Virus record (IMG/VR): IMGVR_UViG_3300029849_000005
Location: 19,937-83,936 of that record
Reading direction: 5' to 3' (one strand)
DNA from: a virus
Lineage: Duplodnaviria > Heunggongvirae > Uroviricota > Caudoviricetes
DNA: 64,000 bases
This document shows, one piece after another, positions 47,927-56,678 of this stretch (positions are counted from its first letter, which is position 1; each line of letters opens with the position of its first letter). The notes below the pieces were generated by a model. That model was not told the DNA's origin, searched no databases, and saw only the letters and a program-made list of their open reading frames with translations. The position numbers and the translations under genes are program-made.

Positions 47927-47998
47927 TGGGGCGAGGAGGAATCGAACCTCCAACGCCAGGCTCTTCAGACCTGCGCTCTACCATTGAGCTACCGCCCC
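47927..47998 (-). tRNA. tRNA-Phe (anticodon GAA)
   Basis: Acceptor GGGGCGG/TCGCCCC. D arm GCTC-AATGGTA-GAGC. Anticodon loop CTGAAGA. T arm GGAGG-TTCGATT-CCTCC. Confidence 0.75.
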
Positions 47999-48297
47999 AT
48001 ACTGCCTACACGTACGTCTTCACTGGATTTTATGCTTTATTACGCCAGTTGCTTTGGACAGTCTAAATCCTTCGGTGCTGTACAGCCATACATATATTAG
48101 TGAGGCCTCCACTTTAATTAAGCTGCCATCGCACCTACTCCCATTACTTCGTCACGCAACGTACCCTACATTCCACTTTAGGATTTTCACCTAACCACAT
48201 CCTCGGCATTCCGTTTCAAGATAAAATATAACTCTGCTGAATAAGTCAAACCAAACAGGAAGATTTATGATACGTTTATACCTAAACAGCAGAATTG

Positions 48298-48371
48298 GGT
48301 GACATACGAGACTTGAACTCGTAACCCTTAGAACCACAACCTAATGCTCTGCCAATTGAGCTAATGCCACC
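48298..48371 (-). tRNA. tRNA-His (anticodon GTG)
   Basis: G-1 plus C73 arrangement. Anticodon stem TTAGG/TCTAA with loop TTGTGGT. T arm ACGAG-TTCAAGT-CTCGT. Confidence 0.75.
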
Positions 48372-48379
48372 ATATTGAG

Positions 48380-48958
48380 TTATTGCAACTCTAATCCTTC
48401 TTTTAGTGCCCTAGTATATGCCATTCTAGCAAAGAATAGTTCAGCCACAGCCATAACTACTGGCTCTGCTAACTCTTCGGCTTCTTCGGCTCTTTCTTCT
48501 TTGGGCTTAGATTCTACATATTCTAGTAATTCCAACACAGCTCTATTAGCTTCGACCAGGTGACTATAAGCAATGCGAACTTGTTTATAATTCTTATATC
48601 TTTCTCGATATGGTCTTATTGCATTCCATGAATATGAAGCAGCTACTATTATTGATATGGCACATAGTACCATAAATCCGAAGGGTTCTCCTTTAGACCA
48701 TGCTGAATAGATTTGACACAATACAGCACCCAAACATAGATTCTGTCCTATAAAGAGGGACAATAAGAACCAATAAGCTGAAAAGGCTTTCTTTGCTTCA
48801 TCAAGTAATGATGCTGACTCCTTTAGCTTCTCTTGTTCAGCTTTTAATGAGTCAATTGACACTTCCATAGCTTCTCCTTCGTCTGAATCTTTAAGGCGTT
48901 CATATTCCTCTTCACTAATCTTGGTTATTTTCAAATCTTCTAATTCTTCTCGATTCAT
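48380..48958 (-). CDS. membrane protein with coiled-coil N-terminus
   Basis: 192 aa, two central TM helices. Adjacent to the NfeD/flotillin pair. Confidence 0.45.
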   Translation of the reverse strand: MNREELEDLKITKISEEEYERLKDSDEGEAMEVSIDSLKAEQEKLKESASLLDEAKKAFSAYWFLLSLFIGQNLCLGAVLCQIYSAWSKGEPFGFMVLCAISIIVAASYSWNAIRPYRERYKNYKQVRIAYSHLVEANRAVLELLEYVESKPKEERAEEAEELAEPVVMAVAELFFARMAYTRALKEGLELQ

Positions 48959-48986
48959 TACCTTTCAATTTAAGTTCAACAATCTG

Positions 48987-49061
48987 TGGACCTGATGAGA
49001 CTCGAACTCACAACCCTCTGCGTGCAAGGCAGATGCTCTAGCCAATCTGAGCTACAGGCCC
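48987..49061 (-). tRNA. tRNA-Ala (anticodon TGC)
   Basis: G3:U70 wobble in the acceptor (GGGCCTG/CAGGTCC). Anticodon stem TCTGC/GCAGA with loop CTTGCAC. T arm GTGAG-TTCGAGT-CTCAT. Confidence 0.8.
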
Positions 49062-49248
49062 ATATTTAGCCACACTATCGTAGGGCTATCAGCTCCCAAC
49101 GTCCGACTGATTACGGAAGATTACCTACCGGTCTGATAATCTATGAAATGCACAATTACTTAGTCATACCCCAACTGTTCTTGTCAGTCTCCGACTCCAA
49201 CCCATAGCATGTTGTAGAACTCTACATGCATACCCTCCTCATTGTGCA

Positions 49249-49560
49249 CTATTTTAAACCTATCATTTCAGCAATTTCTTCAAATGAATAATTCAGGAAT
49301 AGTCTATCCATATCTGCATCAGATTTAACCCATTTAGGTCTAGGATATATAAGAGTAGGAGAATGTCCTCTCTCATGTAATCCATACACTACTTCCTTCT
49401 TACCTTTAATAAGACGAAGGTCAATATGCTCTGACATAGAAGAATAAAATCCTATATTAGAATCTTCTACATATGTAGAACCCTTCTTAGACATTACCTT
49501 GCGATAAGGTTTATACCCTTTACTAATTAAATACTCTACGAACCCAATCATGTTAACCAC
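49249..49560 (-). CDS. hypothetical protein
   Basis: 103-aa ORF. Confidence 0.4.
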   Translation of the reverse strand: MVNMIGFVEYLISKGYKPYRKVMSKKGSTYVEDSNIGFYSSMSEHIDLRLIKGKKEVVYGLHERGHSPTLIYPRPKWVKSDADMDRLFLNYSFEEIAEMIGLK

Positions 49561-49585
49561 TATTAGTACTCCAAGTAGGATTCAA

Positions 49586-49658
<73 letters not shown>

Positions 49659-49709
49659 AACTACATGACACAGTAAAAGTGCTGATGCCTTCTTATATTA
49701 CCCATTCAG

Positions 49710-50060
49710 TTATTCTAGATTAAGTAATTCTCTTGTCTCTTTCTTAAACTGTCTCCTATTATAGCGTTCTCCTTTACATATAGGACAACTACAAGGAGTA
49801 CTGGTTGTTTTATAGGCAAACGTATATTTAGAATTATATAATTCTGTCCAATGTCTACCTCTTGCCGTTTTATCTGGATTATACCAGTAGGCAGCGTGGA
49901 GTTTAATCCTAGTAATATACTTCTGGTCTTTCTTTAGGTTCCTCCACCTTTTGTTTCTTTGGATTAGTGAATCCTTCAGTTTCTCCGTTCTTAGTTCTTC
50001 CATCGTCTCTACCATTAGTGTTAATAATGTCTTGAGACGGGTTGTAGCCAGTTCCAACAA
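49710..50060 (-). CDS. hypothetical protein with C-terminal zinc-finger-like CxCPxC
   Basis: 116 aa. TPCSCPICKG. Confidence 0.4.
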   Translation of the reverse strand: MLELATTRLKTLLTLMVETMEELRTEKLKDSLIQRNKRWRNLKKDQKYITRIKLHAAYWYNPDKTARGRHWTELYNSKYTFAYKTTSTPCSCPICKGERYNRRQFKKETRELLNLE

Positions 50061-50109
50061 ACTTCTTCATATCCAATCCTGTTAAATTAATTCCTTTCAT
50101 ACGATAATT

Positions 50110-50403
50110 TTACAATCTGTTAAATACTGCATGTTCCTTTAACCACTCTTGATAGAGCTTATCATCATAGTTCCCTGAATACTCCCAATGAAATCTACTA
50201 CATTCTATAGTCTTTAGTAAGAACTTCATCACAGACCTTGTATTAGCCTTCTTTGATATAGATGAAATGTAAAACTTCTCTTTATCAAAATCATAGTATC
50301 CTCGTAATACCACTCGGCGAGAATTTTGTCTATTTAAGTAAATTCTTGCCAACAACTTGGAGTTATTGTCTACATATCGAGTAGGTATGAATTTATAAGC
50401 CAT
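50110..50403 (-). CDS. hypothetical protein
   Basis: 97-aa ORF. Confidence 0.4.
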   Translation of the reverse strand: MAYKFIPTRYVDNNSKLLARIYLNRQNSRRVVLRGYYDFDKEKFYISSISKKANTRSVMKFLLKTIECSRFHWEYSGNYDDKLYQEWLKEHAVFNRL

Positions 50404-50716
50404 CTGATTCAGCTAGCAATAAAGTAATACCAACACAATAGGCATTATTAACTGCATTCAGCCTCTTCTTAAGTTCCTTCTTAGCCTTTCTGGGCAACTT
50501 AGGATACTCTGCATATAAATCCTGTTCAGCGGCTCTGCTTGCTTCACTTAATTGCTCAAGTAAAGCATTAACATCTTCGTTAGTTTTGTAATCCTTAAGA
50601 AGGACTCTAACTAATGTGGGACGTTTTACCATTTCTCGCATTCCAGATTCGTACACTCTACAAATCTGATTTCTACTTAACGTAGACACTCTCCTTAATT
50701 TCACTTTAAACTTCAT
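50393..50716 (-). CDS. hypothetical protein
   Basis: 107-aa ORF. Confidence 0.4.
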   Translation of the reverse strand: MKFKVKLRRVSTLSRNQICRVYESGMREMVKRPTLVRVLLKDYKTNEDVNALLEQLSEASRAAEQDLYAEYPKLPRKAKKELKKRLNAVNNAYCVGITLLLAESDGL

Positions 50717-50735
50717 AATACATTCAAATTAGTTG

Positions 50736-50821
50736 AGGAAGCAGAGGGATTCGAACCCCCGGACCCCGAAGGGTCTCTGGTTTTCAAGACCAGTGCAATC
50801 GACCAACTCTGCCATACTTCC
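50736..50821 (-). tRNA. tRNA-Ser (anticodon TGA), type II
   Basis: Anticodon stem CTGGT/ACCAG with loop CTTGAAA. Long variable arm. T arm GGGGG-TTCGAAT-CCCTC. Confidence 0.75.
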
Positions 50822-50831
50822 AATTAATAAG

Positions 50832-50904
50832 CACGCCCTGCACGACTCGAACATGCAACCCATGGTTTTGGAGACCATTGTTCTACCGATTGAACTAAGG
50901 ACGC
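50832..50904 (-). tRNA. tRNA-Trp (anticodon CCA)
   Basis: Full 73-nt layout fits. Anticodon stem ATGGT/ACCAT with loop CTCCAAA. T arm GCATG-TTCGAGT-CGTGC. 10 nt downstream of tRNA-Ser. Confidence 0.7.
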
Positions 50905-51018
50905 ATCAATTTTAGATTGTGGAATCTTTAAAGATGTAATACAATACTACTAGCACTATAGCTCCCACAATGTAAGCACCAAAACTATGCATAATCTTAT
51001 AATTTAATGTTAATAATG

Positions 51019-51092
51019 CGGTGAGTGCAGGGCTCGAACCTGCGACCTGAAAGTTAACAGCTTTCTGCTACTACCAACTGAGCTAACTCACC
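51019..51092 (-). tRNA. tRNA-Asn (anticodon GTT)
   Basis: Acceptor GGTGAGT/ACTCACC. Anticodon stem GAAAG/CTTTC with loop CTGTTAA. T arm GCAGG-TTCGAGC-CCTGC. Confidence 0.75.
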
Positions 51093-51336
51093 ATAATGTT
51101 TAATTGACCTATCCCGATTGCATCGGAGTTAATCCCTATGGTAAGGAACTACTCCTGTTGGTGTCCAAGCATAGCTATTTGCAGCTATTCTAAAATACCA
51201 ACGAACTGCTTTCTTAATTAACTTAAATAGTCTCATAATACATCAGTTTTAGTCAATAAATAAGTAATCTAAATAAACCACTCTATCTTCACAGACTGAG
51301 TGGTCAAACTCGTTCTTTGACATCATGTACAATCTT

Positions 51337-51410
51337 AGTACATATGTGACTCCGCTGCGATTCGAACGCAGGACCCCGATATTAAAAGTATCGTGCTCTA
51401 ACCAGCTGAG
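51337..51410 (-). tRNA. tRNA-Lys (anticodon TTT)
   Basis: Anticodon stem CGATA/TATCG with loop CTTTTAA. T arm CTGCG-TTCGAAT-CGCAG. Confidence 0.75.
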
Positions 51411-51503
51411 CTACGGAATCATCCGCGGAAGGCGCGTTATCAAAAACATGTAAACTGTACAATGATTAGTGCTGTACGCCTTCTTATGTTTCACTAAATC
51501 GAG

Positions 51504-51575
51504 AGTGGGCTGACGGAATCGAACCGTCCTAACTGGTTTTGCGGACCAGCCCCTAAACCTCTCGGGCAAGCCCAC
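51504..51575 (-). tRNA. tRNA-Cys (anticodon GCA)
   Basis: Acceptor GTGGGCT/AGCCCAC. Anticodon stem CTGGT/ACCAG with loop CCGCAAA (C33, atypical). T arm GACGG-TTCGATT-CCGTC. Confidence 0.6.
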
Positions 51576-51800
51576 GTATCAATACGACTTATGGGCTTAA
51601 CTATGAAACAGGTTAATCAAATCATAAATTAAAAGTTGTTGAGTTGGTTGTTGAGTTGATTTGATAATTGTTTAGTGAAACTATATATTATTGTGTTAAT
51701 TATGGTTCTTATTAAAACTACTCTATTCTCACGAACGGAGTAGTTGTTCACATTTATTATTATGGGACTATCAGCATCCTCTCTTGGATGCTACAGGGGG

Positions 51801-51873
51801 TCGGGATGACTGGATTCAAACCAGCGACCTCGTGGTCCCAAACCACGCATTCTATCTACTGAACTACATCCCG
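51801..51873 (-). tRNA. tRNA-Pro (anticodon TGG)
   Basis: Acceptor CGGGATG/CATCCCG. Anticodon stem CGTGG/CCACG with loop TTTGGGA. T arm GCTGG-TTTGAAT-CCAGT. Confidence 0.75.
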
Positions 51874-51975
51874 GACTACAGAAGTCTCTTAGTTTAATTA
51901 AAATCATAAAATATGAAACACTTTCTTTCGTGCCGTAAGACTTCTTATTCAAAGCTATTGAAAATTGTTGTATTG

Positions 51976-52049
51976 TGGGTGTGCCTGGAATTGAACCAGG
52001 GACCTCATCCTTATCAGAGATGTGCTCTAACCAACTGAGCTACACACCC
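51976..52049 (-). tRNA. tRNA-Ile (anticodon GAT)
   Basis: Acceptor GGGTGTG/CACACCC. Anticodon loop CTGATAA. T arm CCTGG-TTCAATT-CCAGG. Confidence 0.75.
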
Positions 52050-52150
52050 ATCATCAGAAGACAATAGATTCATTTACTTATGCCAACATACAGGAAATTG
52101 CTGTGTGTCTTCTTAACATTCTGAAAATGCAAATGTACAATGATTGTAGT

Positions 52151-52227
52151 TGCGGAGATGGGAGTCGAACCCAATATAACTAGCTTATGAGACTAGTATG
52201 ATTTATATATCCGTTTCATTCCTCCGC
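52151..52227 (-). tRNA. tRNA with CAT anticodon (third copy; atypical long D loop)
   Basis: Acceptor GCGGAGG/TCTCCGC. Anticodon stem CTAGT/GCTAG with loop CTCATAA. T arm TTGGG-TTCGACT-CCCAT. D loop 14 nt. Confidence 0.5.
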
Positions 52228-52230
52228 AAG

Positions 52231-52302
52231 TGCCCCATGTTGGACTCGAACCAACGCCATACAAGTTTAGAATTTGCTCTTCTACCACTGAAGTAATGGG
52301 GC
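52231..52302 (-). tRNA. candidate amber-suppressor tRNA (anticodon CTA, reads UAG)
   Basis: Exact 73-nt canonical layout: acceptor GCCCCAT/ATGGGGC, D arm CTTC-AGTGGTA-GAAG, anticodon loop TTCTAAA (U33, A37), T arm GTTGG-TTCGAGT-CCAAC. The anticodon stem has only 3 Watson-Crick pairs plus G·U. Confidence 0.55.
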
Positions 52303-52339
52303 GACAGAGGGTTTTACGAGATTACCCACAACTCATCAA

Positions 52340-52657
52340 CTATTCGATAATTTGATTCCACTGTTCAAGTGTAAGTTCCTTGACTACTATGCCATTTAGT
52401 TCAAATGGAGTATATTGGTTTCCATTCTCTTCTACAAGGATTAACCATTCGTAGCCACGTTGCTTGCTATGAGTTCTAATAATCTCCTTAATGGTTTCGA
52501 TGCCAAAAGGAGTTAGAATCTTCTGCCCTTCTCTGTAAAGATACCTCTTGTTGAGGTCTTCTAAATCCTCTAATGTGGTTAAATGAGGATTAGGGTTCTT
52601 AGTGATAACTACATGGTCATCTCCTACACTAACATAATAATCTCGATTGTATATCAT
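52340..52657 (-). CDS. hypothetical protein
   Basis: 105-aa ORF. Confidence 0.4.
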   Translation of the reverse strand: MIYNRDYYVSVGDDHVVITKNPNPHLTTLEDLEDLNKRYLYREGQKILTPFGIETIKEIIRTHSKQRGYEWLILVEENGNQYTPFELNGIVVKELTLEQWNQIIE

Positions 52658-52956
52658 TCTCTTACTAATTTAAGTTTCTTGAACATGCGACCGTCATCTT
52701 GTAATGCGATTGCTGTTAATTGATTGCCAAGGTCTGGTTCATAGAATGAAGAATAGTCCTTATTAACTAAGTCCAGTCTTACTTTCCATTTGTCCAAGTC
52801 AGCATATAAGTAGATTAAGTAGTTATTATTCCAATCCTGCTTAGGATGTTCTAATAACCACTGCGCTACTGCATGACCTCCTTGTACACAACCATAAACT
52901 GCATCAAGCTTCTGGTCTATCAGCACATACAATCTCTTCATCAGAATATGTATCAA
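52654..52956 (-). CDS. hypothetical protein
   Basis: 100-aa ORF, start/stop-coupled. Confidence 0.4.
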   Translation of the reverse strand: MIHILMKRLYVLIDQKLDAVYGCVQGGHAVAQWLLEHPKQDWNNNYLIYLYADLDKWKVRLDLVNKDYSSFYEPDLGNQLTAIALQDDGRMFKKLKLVRE

Positions 52957-53242
52957 TCAGTGAATCAACTCTTTCTCGGAAATACTTCTCTCCACTATAC
53001 ATCTTAGAATAACCACACCAACCTTGAGTTTCAAGTGATTTCCATTCTTTGATAACTTTAGCGAGATACTCATCCATAGCTTCTCCGATTAGTTTATGCT
53101 TTAATATGTAATAAGCTACATACATTGCATGTAATCTTCCTCTGTTGTAATAAACTGATGAGCAGTCATTAATATTCTTAGCTGCTTTCTGTGCTTTTAC
53201 TAAATTCGCGATTTCTTGTTTAAATTGTTTAATTGTTGCCAT
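52904..53242 (-). CDS. hypothetical protein
   Basis: 112-aa ORF. Confidence 0.4.
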   Translation of the reverse strand: MATIKQFKQEIANLVKAQKAAKNINDCSSVYYNRGRLHAMYVAYYILKHKLIGEAMDEYLAKVIKEWKSLETQGWCGYSKMYSGEKYFRERVDSLIDTYSDEEIVCADRPEA

Positions 53243-53331
53243 GATAGTTAATTGTTAATAAGTTAATAAATAAATTGCCTTAATTAATAATCAACTATCT
53301 TATGGTGGCTTGTAAGTAATCTACCGCATAA

Positions 53332-53628
53332 TCATTTCCCTTTAATTTGTTTACACATGTTAATAAACTCATCATCCGATTCACATATAATCGGATTCGT
53401 TTCCTTGAGATACATCTCCAGATAGGCTTCTTTAGACAAATCGTCCACGTCATCCGGATACACACCATGTACATCATATGACATATGAGAACCCCAGCAA
53501 CTAAGCCAATCAGCATCCTCAAATGTAGTACATATACACACACTTAACCCAGCATCCTCTAGTTTCTTACGAAGTTCTGGAGTATTCTTCTTAATAAGAC
53601 AGTGTTCACTCATGGATTTAATACACAT
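53332..53628 (-). CDS. hypothetical protein
   Basis: 98-aa ORF. Preferred over the overlapping 53295..53543 frame. Confidence 0.35.
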   Translation of the reverse strand: MCIKSMSEHCLIKKNTPELRKKLEDAGLSVCICTTFEDADWLSCWGSHMSYDVHGVYPDDVDDLSKEAYLEMYLKETNPIICESDDEFINMCKQIKGK

Positions 53629-53851
53629 AAACCACCTTTCTCGGAATCTCTAAGCACATACCTGGAATACCAGGACCTGATACCTTATAAATGGTTAGTT
53701 CGTTAATAAATTCATACTGCACTCTGTTGATTTTATAATCTCCATTAGTAGCAGCAGACTCATTAATTGATGCTTTACTTGTGGTTGCAAATAATGCCAA
53801 GAAGGTAAATACTCCACCAATAACACCTGCCTTAAATGATGTCTCTTTCAT
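53618..53851 (-). CDS. small membrane/secreted protein
   Basis: The track ORF runs to 53932 but would overlap tRNA-Gly. Start moved to the internal Met MKETSFKAGVIGGVFTFLALF (hydrophobic N-terminus). Confidence 0.35.
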   Translation of the reverse strand: MKETSFKAGVIGGVFTFLALFATTSKASINESAATNGDYKINRVQYEFINELTIYKVSGPGIPGMCLEIPRKVVYVY

Positions 53852-53874
53852 AATCTCATCTATTATTAATAATG

Positions 53875-53946
53875 AGCGGGATAACAGAATCGAACTGTCA
53901 TCTTCAGCTTGGAAGGCTGTTATAATAACCATTATACGAATCCCGC
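53875..53946 (-). tRNA. tRNA-Gly (anticodon TCC)
   Basis: Acceptor GCGGGAT/ATCCCGC. Anticodon stem ACAGC/GCTGA with loop CTTCCAA. T arm GACAG-TTCGATT-CTGTT. The D arm is AT-rich and irregular. Confidence 0.55.
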
Positions 53947-54033
53947 AGTTTACTTCTACTATTCTCTCGAACCATAGAAGGGTTTGTCGAGTTTGACCTC
54001 AACAGATATTGTATTTAATTATCGCAGTGTGAG

Positions 54034-54116
54034 TGGGCATGGTAGGATTCGAACCTACTCAGCCATAGGCAACGGTTTTACAGACCGCCCCAGCTCTCCA
54101 ACTCTGGCGCATACCC
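54034..54116 (-). tRNA. tRNA-Tyr (anticodon GTA), type II
   Basis: Acceptor GGGTATG/CATGCCC. D arm CCAG-AGTTGGAGAG-CTGG. Anticodon loop CTGTAAA. Long variable arm. T arm GTAGG-TTCGAAT-CCTAC. Confidence 0.75.
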
Positions 54117-54366
54117 GAATCACACAATCCATATTAACTGTGAATTGTGAGTGCAAAGGTAATGAATCTTCCCCACATGTAAAAGTTAATATGTATTAAA
54201 TACGATAGAAGTTTGCTCGGTATTAAACTAAGCTCACATATTCTCTCGAACCGATGAGCTTAGTAGTTATTCAACAATTGCAGATACTTTAACTCGTAAT
54301 AATGACTATGAGTCGAGATAGAAATGACACTGCATATGTTGAAAGAATCATATTAATAAAATGGTG

Positions 54367-54440
54367 TAGAGATAACCAGATTCGAACTGATGTTCTTCTA
54401 AAGATTGACTTTAGCTGTTCTACCACTGAACTATATCTCT
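54367..54440 (-). tRNA. tRNA, identity undetermined (anticodon arm irregular; possible CAA)
   Basis: Canonical acceptor AGAGATA/TATCTCT, D arm GTTC-AGTGGTA-GAAC and T arm ATCAG-TTCGAAT-CTGGT. The anticodon region folds best as CTAAA/TTTAG with loop GTCAATC, but the spacing is off by 2 nt. Confidence 0.4.
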
Positions 54441-54603
54441 ATCCAGTCCCTATGGAATCATCCAATAAATTCCCACCTAGTGTTACTAGATATGCACAAA
54501 GATTACTATACCAAATATGCGCTCTTCTCCATGCATAATGAAATCTATCTTCTATCCAATCAGAACATTAATTCAACTATTAAATAAACGGTGCGCGAAA
54601 TAC

Positions 54604-56298
54604 TTAGACCTTCACAGGCTTCTTCTGCACGCTTGCATTCTTCTTGACAACATCCTTCTCTAGAATCATCATATTAAGCAACTCTTGATTCATAGCATGC
54701 TTAAAGATGTCTCTAGTGGTTTTAGGCACCTGGAACCTCTTCTCTCCAGTAATAAATGAGGATGTTGAATTATTAAGTCCATTTACTAAGAAGCAATTTG
54801 ACACTCCTGGAACCAAAGCCACATTAGGTCTTCCCTTATATGCTAAAGGAACTCTCCAAATGATAACTTTGAATGCTCTTACAAATTCCTTACTGAAATT
54901 TGCTTTAAGCAGTCTTTGCTTAAATTCCACGAATGCTTGGTTGTTCAACTTGGTAAAATATGTATGGTTAGTAATTACCACACAGCCTCTAGGGAACTCT
55001 CCTTCATCCACACCATAATCTTCTTTCATTTTACACAGCATTTCTGCTATATTAATAATAGAAGGATTCTGGCATAATGCTTCTTCTTTGTCAGATTTCC
55101 ATTTCTCAATGACATTCTGACCTTTGAACTTACGTAGAACCATGTTATCCTCTAACACGGCATAGGAGTTCTTGAATATTGTAGGAAGTAATTCAGAATG
55201 ATATAAAGCATATGCTTTACCCAAACTGTAAGCAGATGTTTCGCTATTCTCTATCTCACCATTAGCAGAATGACTTATATCTCTTACTACCAACAACGGA
55301 GCTACTCTATTGCGTTTAGCATTATCAACAAATACGTTGAAACTTGCATTAATAGAAGTTTCCATAAATTCTGGAATCTCTTCGGCAATTTTATCCAATC
55401 CGTATGGTTTGAACAGAGTATGTAGAAATCCGCTATTAGAGGGCTTCTTACGGTTCTTTAACCAGTTCCGATACTTCTCTTTAAGACCTTGATGTTTGAG
55501 GAATTTAGAGCCTACTAGCTGTGCCAGCGCCTTTCCAGTAACAGTGTCAAAATCGATTTCCAAGAATTTCTTTTGACTGATTAACTGCTGCCATTGGGCT
55601 GCTTTCCCGCTATTCTTCATCTTCCTATATTTACGATAGGTTGAATAGTCTCCTTCATCCTTAGGTTTACCATAAAGGCCTTCCGCCAAGAATTTGGCTA
55701 CTGTGTTACGTGCTTTTGCCTCATCTGTCTTACATGCAACACTGGAACGAACACGAGGAAGATACTTCTTTACTAAATCACATGTCTGACCGTTGGCAAG
55801 ACCTGCGAATATGACTTTCTTGAAGAAGTCCCAATCCAATCTGTGCTTAAAGCCATGGAGTTGAACATCTAAAGCCATCATAGTAATGAAATCTTTCCAG
55901 CATCCAGCTGCTGCAAAATAAGCAATGTTGGCATGGAATGTGGGTTTGTGATAGATTGCCAACCACAACATTCTCATTATACCTTCATTCTTCAAACCTT
56001 CTCCTTGCTGTGTATCAAGTTGTATAACTCCTTCCGGGGTAGTTATTCTACATTTACGAGTTATCATTCTCGTATATGCAGTAAACTTAGTACATAGTAA
56101 TGGATTAGCTTTCCATAAAGGATACATATCTTTAGCCACTTGCACGTAGGTACGTGGCTGAAGACATTTCTTAAGATTAACAAACTGGTCTATGAATAAC
56201 TGATTATTATCCACAAACTTAGGTTTATTCTCATCCCGCCTTTGACGTGCGGCATTAGGGTAAGGCCTCCTTGGCCTTTGTGCTCCTTTCATTTCCAT
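54604..56298 (-). CDS. large protein with possible C-terminal vWA-like region (TROVE/Ro60-like architecture is a weak possibility)
   Basis: 564 aa. DxSxS (VVRDISHSANG) about two-thirds of the way in, then a TN-containing strand (VVITNHTYF). Helical, K-rich N-terminal ~330 aa. Confidence 0.5.
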   Translation of the reverse strand: MEMKGAQRPRRPYPNAARQRRDENKPKFVDNNQLFIDQFVNLKKCLQPRTYVQVAKDMYPLWKANPLLCTKFTAYTRMITRKCRITTPEGVIQLDTQQGEGLKNEGIMRMLWLAIYHKPTFHANIAYFAAAGCWKDFITMMALDVQLHGFKHRLDWDFFKKVIFAGLANGQTCDLVKKYLPRVRSSVACKTDEAKARNTVAKFLAEGLYGKPKDEGDYSTYRKYRKMKNSGKAAQWQQLISQKKFLEIDFDTVTGKALAQLVGSKFLKHQGLKEKYRNWLKNRKKPSNSGFLHTLFKPYGLDKIAEEIPEFMETSINASFNVFVDNAKRNRVAPLLVVRDISHSANGEIENSETSAYSLGKAYALYHSELLPTIFKNSYAVLEDNMVLRKFKGQNVIEKWKSDKEEALCQNPSIINIAEMLCKMKEDYGVDEGEFPRGCVVITNHTYFTKLNNQAFVEFKQRLLKANFSKEFVRAFKVIIWRVPLAYKGRPNVALVPGVSNCFLVNGLNNSTSSFITGEKRFQVPKTTRDIFKHAMNQELLNMMILEKDVVKKNASVQKKPVKV

Positions 56299-56678
56299 CT
56301 CTTTGTTTAAATTTATTGTTATGAGAGTCTTTCTTTATTCTAAACAATAAACAAGCGGCATTACGGCAATTGGACATACGTTAACCCGCTCGCCACTTAC
56401 AGACCGTAATGCACACTTGACCAGGCAGGAAAGAGGTTTGCTTGGTGACCTATCTGCATGCTGATTATATAATGCAGACCGTGTAGATTCTCTCTTACAC
56501 AATATCTATAGTAGATTTGCACTACTGTTTTCTGATGCTTAATCAGGTGAACTTCTACTGTTCGAATAGATACAGGTTTCAACTCTTTGATATAGCCTTT
56601 AAGTCATAGACACACTCCGGAGTATGTCTACTGGTTCTTCAGACCAAGTTTTGCTACCACTATTCGTCAATAGTGGAT

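Noticed and set aside
54219-54254. CTAAGCTCA...TGAGCTTAG inverted repeat with an internal tcgaacc as a possible extra tRNA
   Set aside because: It has no acceptor or D-arm complement and a 9-bp stem with an 18-nt loop. It may be a simple hairpin or terminator.
56397-56582. 61-aa minus-strand ORF in the 56.3-56.7 kb intergenic region
   Set aside because: The region is dominated by stable hairpins and has no coding signature. It is more likely a non-coding RNA or regulatory region.
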